NCBI GenBank assembly: GCA_965197745.1
Contig: CBDANS010000006.1
Location: 800,001-864,000 of the forward strand
Length of the DNA stretch: 64,000 bases
Reading direction: 5' to 3'
From: Opitutales bacterium
GTDB taxonomy: Bacteria > Verrucomicrobiota > Verrucomicrobiia > Opitutales > PNEW01
Shown: in pieces, positions 11,245-21,264 of the stretch
How the letters are laid out: the number at the start of each line of letters is the position of its first letter
Position numbering within the stretch: position 1 is the stretch's first letter
Notes under the pieces: model-generated
Database searches by the model: none
Seen by the model: the letters and a program-made list of their open reading frames with translations, nothing else
Told to the model about the DNA's origin: nothing
Position numbers and translations under genes: made by a program

Positions 11245-14157
11245 TTACTTTCTTCCTCGTACCACTTCTACCCAGTGCTTGGGTTTGAAGCCAAAGGCGT
11301 CGAGAAGTTGGTGACGACAGCTGAATCCACAGGCCACCACTGTGGTATTTTCATCGCGCTCGCGTATGGCGGGGAAAAGCCTGTCTTCACCAATCTTTTG
11401 TGAAAGCTCATAATGTTTCTTTTCATAGCCGAAGGCCCCCGCCATACCACAACACCCTGAACTAATTTCGTTAACGGTAAGACCCTCGACATGTCCAAGA
11501 ACAGCTTTCATTGCCGCGGTACCAGAAGTTGCTTTCTGATGACAGTGGCCATGAATCAGAATGTCTTTACTGGGGGAGAGGAAATCTGGAGAGATATTGC
11601 CCGACTTTATCTCACGGGCAATAAAGACATCAATCATCGTAACATGCTCTTTTATTCGCTCTCCGAGTTCTTCATCATCGATAAGATCGGGAAGGTCATC
11701 GGTCAAAGCCGTGGCACAGCTCGGCTCGCATACGACAACTTCTAAGCCCTCCTTAATATATTTATCGAGCCCGTGGAGCGTTTTAAGGCCATCGCGATGC
11801 GCGAGTTTAAGCAGACCGTGAGAGATGCGCGGGCGTTGACAGCAACCGGCCTGGGCGAGGATCACTTCGTAACCGCACGATTCCAACAGTTCGGTAGCAG
11901 CGCGTCCAATATTAGGTTCGTGATAATTTAAATAGGTATCATCGAAAAGAACCACGCATTTTGTATTATTCCCACTCCCATTACTTTTACTGTGCCGGTT
12001 AAACCATTTGGCAAAGGGTTCACTCGTATAAGAAGGTAAATTACGTCGGGCATCAAAACCAGTTACCCATTCGAGCACTTTTCGAAATAGGAGTGTTCGT
12101 TGAATCCCATTGATCAGAGGGGCAAGAAATCCGGAATTAAATTTTGCTGCTTTAGCTGATGCCGCAATTAATCGGTCGGCCAGCTTCAATCCATGCTTAT
12201 TATAGTAACCCTGCAAAAATTCGCTTTTAAGCTTGGCCATGTCCACATTACTAGGGCATTCCGATTTGCAGGCTTTACACGAGAGGCAGAGATCGAGAAC
12301 ATCATGAAGTCTATTGCTAGTCATCCCGTCAGGGCCCAGTTGCCCGGTCATCGCCAGGCGCAGCGCGTTTGCCCGCCCCCGGGTAGAATGTTCCTCATCA
12401 AGTGTCGCCATGTAGCTGGGACACATCGTGCCGACATTTTTCTTACGACAGGCACCCACCCCGTTGCACATGTGAACAGCCTCAAAAAAGTCCCCATCAT
12501 CGCGGAAATTAAAATGCCCTTCATGTTTTTCCGTTTTATAATCTGTGCCGAACCTGAGGTTTTGATCCATGGGCACAGCATCGACGATATTACCGGGGTT
12601 CATCAGCCCTTGAGGATCAAAGAGTTTTTTAATCTCTTTAAATTGCTTGAATATCTGAGAGCCGAAAAATCTTTCCAGGAATGCACTGCGGACCCGTCCG
12701 TCTCCGTGCTCGCCACTCCACGAACCACCATAAGATTTAACGAGGGCAAAAGTATCGTCGGCAATGCCTTTCATACGATCAATATCATCCTGCTTTCGCA
12801 AATCGAGGATGGGACGCACATGGATGAGGCCAACACTGGCGTGCGCATACATGATAGCCGGCGTCTCGTGTTTTTTACATATTTTAAGAACATTATCGAT
12901 ATATTCCGGTAAAACATCAACCGGGACAGCGGCATCTTCGATAAAGGGTAACGGCTTACGTTCGCCTTTCATGCCGAGCATAAGACCGAGTCCATTTTTC
13001 CGGAGCGTCCAGATACGCTCCTGATCGTCCCCTCCAGGAAATATCGGATAAGCATAACCCAGACCCCTATCGGTCATGTCCTTTGCCATACCCTCGGCGC
13101 GCTGAATTAACTCATCCATATCATCGCCAAAGAATTCAACAATAAGTATCGCTGCCGGGTCCCCTTCAATAAAGGAACATAAAGGAGCCATATCATGGTT
13201 CTTGCGTGCGAGCTTTATCACGGCATCATCCATAATTTCGACGGCCGACGGATTGTGCTTAACAATCCAGGGAACCGCACTTATCGATTCGAGTAATTCA
13301 GAATAATGGGCAACACAAAGAATTTTTTCTTTAGGCAACAGCTCGAGATTGACTTTCGCCTCAAGTAAGGTGACAAGCGTTCCTTCACTGCCCGTTATCA
13401 GTTTAGACAGGTTCCAGCGCTCGGATTGATGAAATTCATCGAGATTATAACCCTGGACACGACGCATTATTTTAGGAAATCGTTTTCCGATTTCCTCACG
13501 GTTTTCCTCTATAATTCTTTGAAACTCGGTGTAAATAAGCGCTTCACGGGTGTCGCCTTGCTTTTTCTCTTCATATTCCTCCGGGGAAAGCTCTTTGCAT
13601 TCCATCACCGCACCATCAGCAAGGAGGATTTTCGCTTCCAATACCTGGTCCACCATTTTGCCAAAAATAATGCTTTTTGTGCCGGATGAATTGTTTCCGA
13701 TCATGCCACCGACATTAGCCCGGTTGGCGGTAGAGGGATCGATTGCGAGGTGCAAACCGTGCTCGGCAATAATTTCATTAAGTTCGTCTCGCACGATTCC
13801 CGGTTGAACACGAACCCACCGCTCCTCGACATTAAGCTCGAGGATCCTGTTCATATACTTTGAGAAATCCAAAATAAGCGCAGCTCCCACCGTCTGGCCG
13901 CCGAGGCTTGTTCCCCCACCGCGTGGTAAAATTGGGATTTCATATTCATGCGCTGTACTTACCGCCGCTAAAACATCTTCTTCGTCCAGTGGTAAAAAAA
14001 CGGCGAGAGGATACTTCTGGTAAATACTTGCATCCGTGGCATAGAGACCAAGAGACATTTCATCAAAGTGAAGGTCGCCACGAACCCGACTCCTTAATTT
14101 TTCAGCAAAGGCATCAACTTCTGAATTCAATTCTGTGGGCTGTGCAGTTTTAAGCAT
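11245..14157 (-). CDS. FAD-binding, 4Fe-4S, CCG-domain oxidoreductase (GlcD-GlcF/YdiJ-like 2-hydroxyacid dehydrogenase)
   Basis: PRGGGTSLGGQ, SGEHGDG, CNGVGAC and CLSCKACKSECP ferredoxin motifs, GCCGMAG and CGFSCRHQ. Confidence 0.88.
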   Translation of the reverse strand: MLKTAQPTELNSEVDAFAEKLRSRVRGDLHFDEMSLGLYATDASIYQKYPLAVFLPLDEEDVLAAVSTAHEYEIPILPRGGGTSLGGQTVGAALILDFSKYMNRILELNVEERWVRVQPGIVRDELNEIIAEHGLHLAIDPSTANRANVGGMIGNNSSGTKSIIFGKMVDQVLEAKILLADGAVMECKELSPEEYEEKKQGDTREALIYTEFQRIIEENREEIGKRFPKIMRRVQGYNLDEFHQSERWNLSKLITGSEGTLVTLLEAKVNLELLPKEKILCVAHYSELLESISAVPWIVKHNPSAVEIMDDAVIKLARKNHDMAPLCSFIEGDPAAILIVEFFGDDMDELIQRAEGMAKDMTDRGLGYAYPIFPGGDDQERIWTLRKNGLGLMLGMKGERKPLPFIEDAAVPVDVLPEYIDNVLKICKKHETPAIMYAHASVGLIHVRPILDLRKQDDIDRMKGIADDTFALVKSYGGSWSGEHGDGRVRSAFLERFFGSQIFKQFKEIKKLFDPQGLMNPGNIVDAVPMDQNLRFGTDYKTEKHEGHFNFRDDGDFFEAVHMCNGVGACRKKNVGTMCPSYMATLDEEHSTRGRANALRLAMTGQLGPDGMTSNRLHDVLDLCLSCKACKSECPSNVDMAKLKSEFLQGYYNKHGLKLADRLIAASAKAAKFNSGFLAPLINGIQRTLLFRKVLEWVTGFDARRNLPSYTSEPFAKWFNRHSKSNGSGNNTKCVVLFDDTYLNYHEPNIGRAATELLESCGYEVILAQAGCCQRPRISHGLLKLAHRDGLKTLHGLDKYIKEGLEVVVCEPSCATALTDDLPDLIDDEELGERIKEHVTMIDVFIAREIKSGNISPDFLSPSKDILIHGHCHQKATSGTAAMKAVLGHVEGLTVNEISSGCCGMAGAFGYEKKHYELSQKIGEDRLFPAIRERDENTTVVACGFSCRHQLLDAFGFKPKHWVEVVRGRK

Positions 14158-14158
14158 A

Positions 14159-15277
14159 TTATTTATTACTCATTATATTTTCCAAAGCAGCCAGAAATAA
14201 ATTTACATGATTGGTAGAGCTGCTGCAACCCATAAGTCCGATGCGCCAGACTTTACCGGCAAATTCGCCGAGCCCGGCACCGATTTCTATATTATATTCA
14301 TTAAGTAAACGGCTCCTGGTAGAACGATCTTCCAGACTCGCGGGTATTTTAACCGCATTCAGGTGCGGGAGTCGGTACCCTGGGGCAACGACAAATTCGA
14401 AACCCAGTTTCTCCAGCCCATCACGCAAGCGTTCATGATTTTTTTGATGGCGCGCATAACTGGCTTCCAACCCCTCTTCAAGGACGATTCTCAATGCTTC
14501 ATATAGCGCGTAATAGGACGATATGGGTGCGGTGTGGTGATAAACCCGCTCTGAGCCCCAATATTTCTTTAATAAATTCACATCGAGAAACCAACTTTGC
14601 ACCTTACTTTTTCGGCCTTCTACAACAGCCATTGCCTGTGGACTGAATGATACGGGGGACAAACCTGGCGGGGCGCTCAGGCATTTCTGAGAACAACTGT
14701 AAATAGCGTCAATTCCCCAATCATCGACACGCAGCTCGACACCACCGAGAGAGGTCACTGCATCCACAAGAAACAATGCACCGGCTTCATGGACCATTTT
14801 GCTGATTTCCTCCAATGGTTGAAGAACACCCGTTGACGTTTCAGCATGAACGATAGCTACCAGTTTAGCTTTACAGGTATCGAGCGCCTGCTGGACTTGC
14901 TTCGGATCGATGGGTGAACCCCAGGGTGCATCGACACGAATTAATTCGCCACCGCAACGTTCGACAATGTCGCACATCCGGTTGCCGAAGTAACCATTTA
15001 CACCTATGATGACCGTATCGCCCGGCTCAATCAAATTCACAAGACAGCATTCCATTCCAGAGCTAGCGGGCGCGGAGAGAGCGAATGTCATTTCATTCTC
15101 AGTGCAAAAAACCTGTTTGAGCATGGACTTGATCGTGTCCATTATACTGAGAAACGCTGGATCCAAGTGACCAACCAGGGGGGTGGCCATAGCGCGCAAA
15201 ACCCTGGGGTGGGCGTCGCTGGGCCCCGGGCCCATGAGAATTCTCGGTGTAGGTGTCAGTTCGCTGTTGCTATTCAT
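14159..15277 (-). CDS. Alanine/serine-glyoxylate aminotransferase (class V PLP)
   Basis: LMGPGPS, HAETSTG, VDAVTSLGG, SQKCLSAPPG (PLP Lys), YHHTAP, WRIGLMG. Confidence 0.92.
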   Translation of the reverse strand: MNSNSELTPTPRILMGPGPSDAHPRVLRAMATPLVGHLDPAFLSIMDTIKSMLKQVFCTENEMTFALSAPASSGMECCLVNLIEPGDTVIIGVNGYFGNRMCDIVERCGGELIRVDAPWGSPIDPKQVQQALDTCKAKLVAIVHAETSTGVLQPLEEISKMVHEAGALFLVDAVTSLGGVELRVDDWGIDAIYSCSQKCLSAPPGLSPVSFSPQAMAVVEGRKSKVQSWFLDVNLLKKYWGSERVYHHTAPISSYYALYEALRIVLEEGLEASYARHQKNHERLRDGLEKLGFEFVVAPGYRLPHLNAVKIPASLEDRSTRSRLLNEYNIEIGAGLGEFAGKVWRIGLMGCSSSTNHVNLFLAALENIMSNK

Positions 15278-15507
15278 AATTACTCTTAAATAGGTGTAAA
15301 ACAGGGGGAAAGTTATTGATTATTGCCAGTAAGACAAGCTGCTTTGTCAGCTTCGGATATGAAACTATTGCATTTAAACGCCTCTTTAGGTCTCTTCTTT
15401 ATTCTTTACCCTCGGCATGCTCATCATTAGAACCTCTGTGTATAGGTGTTTATTAGAAGAAATGCGAATACCTGTCGGGTAAAACCTTAAGTTTTATTTT
15501 TGCTACC

Positions 15508-16704
15508 ATGATCACTTCCACATCATCCAGCGCCAGTAATGATATCGTTGAACGTTGCAGTAATGACGCTCAGACACGCCTTCGCTTAAAATACAATCCT
15601 TATTACCTTGCTTTTGAGGAGCAGAAAGGATCCCACGTCTGGCTTGATGGAAAAGAGTTAATTATGCTCAGTAGTAACGATTACCTGGGATTGAGTGACC
15701 ATCCCAAGGTTATCGAAGCAGGTAAAAAAGCATTGGAGACCTGGGGAGGGGGAACAACCGGATCACGTTTTGCAAACGGTAGCCGTCGTTTTCATGAAGA
15801 ATTAGAAGAGGAACTGGCGGCATTTGTGGGGAAAGAAGCCTGTCATGTAAGCGTCGCCGGTTATATCTCATGTATGTCTTCAGTTGAAGCCTTCGCCAAA
15901 AAAGGTGACCTGATTATAGTTGATCGTAATGTGCACTCCAGTCTTTGGGCAGGAATTGGAAACACAGGAGCCCGCCTCGAAAGATTCGCACATAACAATA
16001 TCAATAATTTGAAGGAAGTACTGAAAAATGAAGCTCCCGAAATAGCAAAAATGCTGGTAATCGAAGGGGTATTCTCGATGGAAGGTCATATTGCCAATCT
16101 TTCCGATTACATAGAGGTCACCCAAAACCAGAACTGTTTCATTGCGATTGATGATGCTCACGGTTTTGGAGTGCTTGGTGAACAGGGTAGGGGTACTGCG
16201 GACCATTTTGGTGTCACCGATCAAGTGGACATCATCTCAGGCAGTATGTCCAAATCGATGGGAAGCACAGGCGGATTTGTCACAGGGTCCAGCGAGATCA
16301 TTGAATATCTCAGGACTCATTCGAAACAAACTATATTCAGCGCGGCATTAAGTCCTTCCCAGAGTGCATGCGCACAAGCTGCTTTAAATATTATTAAAAC
16401 CGAACCGGAACACTATCAGCGCCTTTGGGACAACACCCGCTACTATAATAAAATACTCTCAGACTTAAATCTCGACACCTGGGGCAGTGAAACCCCCGCG
16501 ATACCACTTGTTCTTGGAGAATTAGAGCGCGCTTATTACTTTTGGAAAAAGCTGATGAAGAGAGGGGTATTTACAAACATTATTGTTCCCCCCGCGGTCT
16601 TACCTAACAAGATTCTTATTCGAACTGCCATGTCGGCGCGCCATACCCGGGAAGATTTGGATAAAATAGGTGAGGCGATGTCCTTTGCCGCCAAGGGTCT
16701 TTGA
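15508..16704 (+). CDS. Alpha-oxoamine synthase, serine palmitoyltransferase-like
   Basis: SNDYLGL, GTTGSRFANGS, DDAHGFGVLG, GSMSKS (PLP Lys), IFSAAL. The GSR..NG loop and N-terminal NPYY resemble bacterial SPT more than BioF. Confidence 0.75.
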   Translation: MITSTSSSASNDIVERCSNDAQTRLRLKYNPYYLAFEEQKGSHVWLDGKELIMLSSNDYLGLSDHPKVIEAGKKALETWGGGTTGSRFANGSRRFHEELEEELAAFVGKEACHVSVAGYISCMSSVEAFAKKGDLIIVDRNVHSSLWAGIGNTGARLERFAHNNINNLKEVLKNEAPEIAKMLVIEGVFSMEGHIANLSDYIEVTQNQNCFIAIDDAHGFGVLGEQGRGTADHFGVTDQVDIISGSMSKSMGSTGGFVTGSSEIIEYLRTHSKQTIFSAALSPSQSACAQAALNIIKTEPEHYQRLWDNTRYYNKILSDLNLDTWGSETPAIPLVLGELERAYYFWKKLMKRGVFTNIIVPPAVLPNKILIRTAMSARHTREDLDKIGEAMSFAAKGL

Positions 16705-17774
16705 AATCAATACTTTCTCAACAAACCGTCAAAGATTTCCGGCGTGTCCTTTTATCCCGCCCAGACCGTATCGGCGACGTAGTCATTACGACATCATGTT
16801 TTAAGGCCATCCACGATGTCTACCCGCATCTGGAAATTTACTTTCTTGTCAAGGAAGCAAACGCGCCGCTCTTAAAAAATCATCCGTTACTTTCGGGACT
16901 CCTTACCGTCCCCAAAAATATACATTCTGTCGACGACACCGCATCGCATTTAAGTGAGGCAATGCGGAAATTACAACCTGACTGTATTGTCCACTTCCAC
17001 TATGATAATGCGGTTGCTGGAGCTGCGCTGGCTGTGGGCATTCCCTATATTCTGGGGCACAGCAAGAAAATTCAGAATCCGTGCCTGACGCACTCAGTCC
17101 TCGACCGTAAAAAAGAGGGCCTCAACCACGAAGCCAACTATAACTTTGAACTGCTCTCCCTCTTACAGATCACTCAACCTGACAACCTGGAGCCGTGGAT
17201 CACTCCTGAACCCGTAAGCGACGAACGCCTGCTTGAAATTCTTCCCTGGTGGACGCCCGAAACCCCATTTGTCGTGCTTCACATGAGCGCGCATGCCAGA
17301 AAAGCACGCATCCCCACAAAAATATTTGCTGAACTTTCTTCCTGGTTCATCAATGAATTAAATTTTCGGATCGTCCTCATTGGATCTGAAAGCAATGACC
17401 CGGCGATAGAAACGTATATAGGATCCATTGGTGACCATAAAAGAAAGGTCAGTAATTTAATCGGCGTCACTCATTTAGCAGAGACTGCCCGTGTATTAAG
17501 CGAAGCACGTATATTAATTTCTCGGGACAGCGGGCCTGCTCATATCGCCGCGGCATTGCAATGCCCCACCGTAACGATTGTAGGACCTTTAGGAAGACAC
17601 CTGGCTTCTACACGTTGGCGCCCGCTCGGTTCATCTGCATTGATACTGGAAAAACCTGTTCGCCCGCGATTTTTGGAAACTACACGGTCTTATCAAGAGC
17701 GTTATTTTAACGCTTTTACTGCGGAGGAAATTAAAAAAGGAATATGGGCGCGTTTAGAAGGGAGATCCGAATAG
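16701..17774 (+). CDS. Glycosyltransferase family 9 (heptosyltransferase-like)
   Basis: RPDRIGDVV, DSGPAHIAAAL..PTV, RWRP; overlaps the SPT-like stop. Confidence 0.9.
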   Translation: MKSILSQQTVKDFRRVLLSRPDRIGDVVITTSCFKAIHDVYPHLEIYFLVKEANAPLLKNHPLLSGLLTVPKNIHSVDDTASHLSEAMRKLQPDCIVHFHYDNAVAGAALAVGIPYILGHSKKIQNPCLTHSVLDRKKEGLNHEANYNFELLSLLQITQPDNLEPWITPEPVSDERLLEILPWWTPETPFVVLHMSAHARKARIPTKIFAELSSWFINELNFRIVLIGSESNDPAIETYIGSIGDHKRKVSNLIGVTHLAETARVLSEARILISRDSGPAHIAAALQCPTVTIVGPLGRHLASTRWRPLGSSALILEKPVRPRFLETTRSYQERYFNAFTAEEIKKGIWARLEGRSE

Positions 17775-17828
17775 AAGGGGTGAGTAGAAAATCCAGCATA
17801 CAAAAATAACGCCCGCGCGAAAAACCCT

Positions 17829-19037
17829 TTATAGGGTGACAGCATCTTGAAATCGCTGGTAGAGAGTAGCAGCATTTTTACGTGCATCGGTATTTTTCTT
17901 CACCCAACTTTGTCCACTAATTCGGATTTTTTCATATAAATCTCTATTTTCCATCAGATCTGTAATAACCTGTATCCAGGGTGCGTTCTCCGGTAGGTCG
18001 ATAATAAATCCATTTTCTCCCCCCGTTATTACTTCAGAAATTCCAGGATGGGTCGCGGCAATAACCGGCACCCCTGTCGCCATGGCTTCAAGGATAACAT
18101 TAGGGGTACCATCGCGATTACCATAGGAGTCGATCTTTGTCGTATATAGAAAAATATCCGCCCAGGAAAATTGCTCAAACACCGCTTCATTATCTAAAAA
18201 GCCCAAGAGTTTAACATGAGAGGTTAAATTCAGTTCCGCGATTTTCAATTGTATGGATTTTTCCATAGGACCCGCCCCTATGATCCTCGCTCTGAATGGA
18301 ATTCCTCTTCGCATCAACTCCGCATAGATAGCTAACTGTCGTAAATGATCTTTCTTTTCCACAAGCCTTCCCACATTCAGCAGCCGTAGCGGATGTCTGA
18401 GATTGTGCGGTGACTCAATTTTCGGATAAAAATTCAATCCGCGTCGGATTACAGCGACATTTTTTTCAAGAGCACCCATTTCGACCAGGTAACGAAATGC
18501 AGCATCAGTTGTGGTGTGGACAAATCGGGCTTCTTTAAGTTTTTCACGCAATAACCAGTCTCCACCATCTTTATAAATGTCAAAAGCGTGAGCACCCATA
18601 GAAAAAGGGATGTTTGTCAATTTGGATAAAAGCAGGGCAGCCGTAGCGGGCATCGTCGCCCAGGAAGCATGAAAGAGAGCAGGTGGATTCCGGGAAAACT
18701 TCCCGGCATAAACAATCCCGAAACTCAATCCGATAAACGTTTCACCGGCATTGCGAAGTGATGGTAACTTGCGCGTCCTTAAAGCGCGAAATATATCGCG
18801 AAAAGCTGTGGGATTTCGCCCGAGCCAATAAGGTAATAAAAATAACAAAAAGAGCAGCTTCCATTTGGCAAATCGAAGCACGGTAAAATTCTTAAATGCT
18901 TTCTTTCCACCCCATAATGAATAAAACTCAAGTTTTAGGGGAAGCTCTGCCATCGCTTGAATTTCCCTCTGCAGAAAAGTCTCCGTAGCCACCGGAAAAG
19001 TGGTAAATAAATAGAATATTTTAAGGGGCTTTCCCAT
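17829..19037 (-). CDS. Glycosyltransferase family 4 (WcaL-like)
   Basis: FPVATETF..REI, AHAFDIY, VGRLVEKK, RDGTPNVILEAMATGVPV. Confidence 0.9.
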   Translation of the reverse strand: MGKPLKIFYLFTTFPVATETFLQREIQAMAELPLKLEFYSLWGGKKAFKNFTVLRFAKWKLLFLLFLLPYWLGRNPTAFRDIFRALRTRKLPSLRNAGETFIGLSFGIVYAGKFSRNPPALFHASWATMPATAALLLSKLTNIPFSMGAHAFDIYKDGGDWLLREKLKEARFVHTTTDAAFRYLVEMGALEKNVAVIRRGLNFYPKIESPHNLRHPLRLLNVGRLVEKKDHLRQLAIYAELMRRGIPFRARIIGAGPMEKSIQLKIAELNLTSHVKLLGFLDNEAVFEQFSWADIFLYTTKIDSYGNRDGTPNVILEAMATGVPVIAATHPGISEVITGGENGFIIDLPENAPWIQVITDLMENRDLYEKIRISGQSWVKKNTDARKNAATLYQRFQDAVTL

Positions 19038-19089
19038 AAGCCTGTATCACGAAAGATGATCGGGGCAGGTCCATACCCCCGCCTTGTTT

Positions 19090-20349
19090 TCAAAGGTCGG
19101 GATTACTGAATATTAATGAGACATTGGCACCACCAAATCCACTGCTGTTACTCATGACTCGCTTTATTGATTCCTCTCTCGTTTCACGAATAATATTTAA
19201 TCCTTTAGCCTCTGGGTCGAGCGTCTCAATATGGGCTGAACCAGGGATAAAGCCCTCTTTCAGCGCGAGGACGGAAAATGAAGCCTCCATAACACTTGCC
19301 AACGATAAGGCATGTCCCGTGAGCGCCTTAGTGCTGCTTATGGCCGGCTTATTAGGGCTGAAAACTTTTTTCAATGCTCTTATTTCCGACAGATCACCGG
19401 CAAGGGTGGAAGGAGCGTGAGCATTGATATAATTGATATCCCTTGGACTTAACTTTACCGAATCAAGGGCGCGCTGCATAGATTGTGTCAGTCCGTTTCC
19501 CTGGGGATGCGATAGAGCTACATGGTAGCCATCGGAAGCCTGTCCCCATCCGGTAAACTCCGCATAAATATCTGCGCCGCGGTCCCGTGCAGTCTTTTCC
19601 TCTTCCAAAACCATAACGACTGCACCTCCAGTCCCGACAAAGCCATCCCTATTTTTATCAAAGGGTCGTGAAGCACGGTCAGGGTCAAGAGATAAAGTCA
19701 AGACACGCATTCCGGCAAAAGGCATAATACTGAGAAAATTACCATCCTCACCCCCAACGACAAACATGCGGTCCTGTCGACCGAGTGCAATTTCGTCGTA
19801 TGCATACCCAAGAGCATGACCGGACGAAGAGCAAGCGGAAGCAAAACCACTGGACGCCCCCTTTATTTTAAAAGCCGCCACGAGGTTAAAATTCAGCGTT
19901 CCCACAATAGAAGAAATGATCCCCTGAGGAGAGGTTCGCAACACCCCAACCTTGAACATGCGGTTGAGATGATTATAAGTCATAAAAACGGACCCGGATG
20001 AAGCGGTAAAAAGACCGGTTTTAGAATTTGAAATTTCGTTTACTGACAAGCCCGCATCCTCGATAGCCTGAACCATGGCACAATAGGCATACAATCCGTG
20101 GGGAGAGAGACCACGTAGGGTGTCCAGTCGCAATTTATACTGGCCGGGGTAACCCCAATCTTCCGAATCCATGGATTCGGTAACAAATTCCTTGATAGGG
20201 GCCGCCACTTTAACCGGAACCTCATCCTTTTGAAAAGGTGGGAATAGTTCAATACCGTGATTTAACTCACAAAGATTTTCAATGACGGTGGCTTTGTCAT
20301 TTCCAATACTGGTAATAAAGCCCAAACCTGTAACAACTACCTTACGCAT
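19090..20349 (-). CDS. Beta-ketoacyl-ACP synthase (FabB-like)
   Basis: VVVTGLG, SACSSSGHA (Cys), SRPFDKNRDGFV, NAHAPST (His), STKALTGH (His), SNSSGFGGAN. Confidence 0.9.
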   Translation of the reverse strand: MRKVVVTGLGFITSIGNDKATVIENLCELNHGIELFPPFQKDEVPVKVAAPIKEFVTESMDSEDWGYPGQYKLRLDTLRGLSPHGLYAYCAMVQAIEDAGLSVNEISNSKTGLFTASSGSVFMTYNHLNRMFKVGVLRTSPQGIISSIVGTLNFNLVAAFKIKGASSGFASACSSSGHALGYAYDEIALGRQDRMFVVGGEDGNFLSIMPFAGMRVLTLSLDPDRASRPFDKNRDGFVGTGGAVVMVLEEEKTARDRGADIYAEFTGWGQASDGYHVALSHPQGNGLTQSMQRALDSVKLSPRDINYINAHAPSTLAGDLSEIRALKKVFSPNKPAISSTKALTGHALSLASVMEASFSVLALKEGFIPGSAHIETLDPEAKGLNIIRETREESIKRVMSNSSGFGGANVSLIFSNPDL

Positions 20350-20424
20350 CTTTCCTGGATCAAGAGGGATAGTCTCTTAGAGGACTTCCCGATTAAAAGC
20401 GAATGAATTTATAAGGCGATCTCC

Positions 20425-21264
20425 TTAACTTTCATAATCAAAAGTCAAAGTAATGTCTTCTGCGAACACGGCTTTTTCATCACCCACAGTAATAGTTCCT
20501 TCAAAAGTCACTAAGGGGTAGCGAATTCTTTTTAACTTAACTTTAAGGTTAAGGATGTCTCCAGGGCGGCAGATCCGATGACAGCGCACGCCGTCACTGG
20601 AATAAAACATTATGGTTTTAGGATTAACCGGTTGTTCAAATTCCGGTTTTTCGTTTTTGATGAGATAGAGGACGGCCAACTGTCCTAATGCCTCAATGAG
20701 AATGGATGCGGGGAAAACGGGATTGTTTTTAAAATGTCCATCAAGAAAAGCTTCCTCGCCACTGATAGGGTATTTGGACTCGGCCTCATTAAGGCTGATT
20801 ATTGACTCTCTGATAAAGAGGAAAGGATCCTGATGTGGCATAACCGAAGCGATATCTTCAATCGATAAGCGTTTGTTTCGCTGAGGAATGGGTATGCCTT
20901 TTACTTTATAATCAAGGTAAGTTTTAATATCTCCTACGGTCCTGATTTCTCTCAATTCATCATTTGCGATGGAGATATCGAGCGTTTCTTCAACGAGGAT
21001 AATAATCTCGACCATAAGCAGTGAGTCTACCCCCAGGTCTTCGAAAAGGTTGGTGTTATCGTCCCCCTCTCTGAGGCAATGACGCACATCCGGCTCAAGG
21101 AATCTCTCGATGATTCCCATGACAATTACCGGCAATTGATCAAGATTTGCGTTATGCCGGAAATCGATAGCGGCTTCTACGGTTTCCGGTGAACAACGCT
21201 TTAAGGATTCCCTTAACTCCTCTTCATTCTGTAGAGTAAAGGCAGGACTCTTCTTAAGCTCCAT
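20425..21264 (-). CDS. Acyl carrier protein fused to FabZ/FabA-type dehydratase
   Basis: DLGVDSL phosphopantetheine site, then PHQDPFLFI and GHFKNNPVFPASILIEALGQ hot-dog dehydratase motifs. Confidence 0.88.
   Translation of the reverse strand: MELKKSPAFTLQNEEELRESLKRCSPETVEAAIDFRHNANLDQLPVIVMGIIERFLEPDVRHCLREGDDNTNLFEDLGVDSLLMVEIIILVEETLDISIANDELREIRTVGDIKTYLDYKVKGIPIPQRNKRLSIEDIASVMPHQDPFLFIRESIISLNEAESKYPISGEEAFLDGHFKNNPVFPASILIEALGQLAVLYLIKNEKPEFEQPVNPKTIMFYSSDGVRCHRICRPGDILNLKVKLKRIRYPLVTFEGTITVGDEKAVFAEDITLTFDYES

Noticed and set aside
12193..12912. 239-aa antisense ORF and the many other short overlapping ORFs in the track
   Set aside because: They are shadows of well-supported genes on the opposite strand or frame and carry no recognisable motifs.
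15508..16704. bioF assignment
   Set aside because: No biotin gene context, and the motifs are closer to SPT; left without a gene symbol pending phylogeny.
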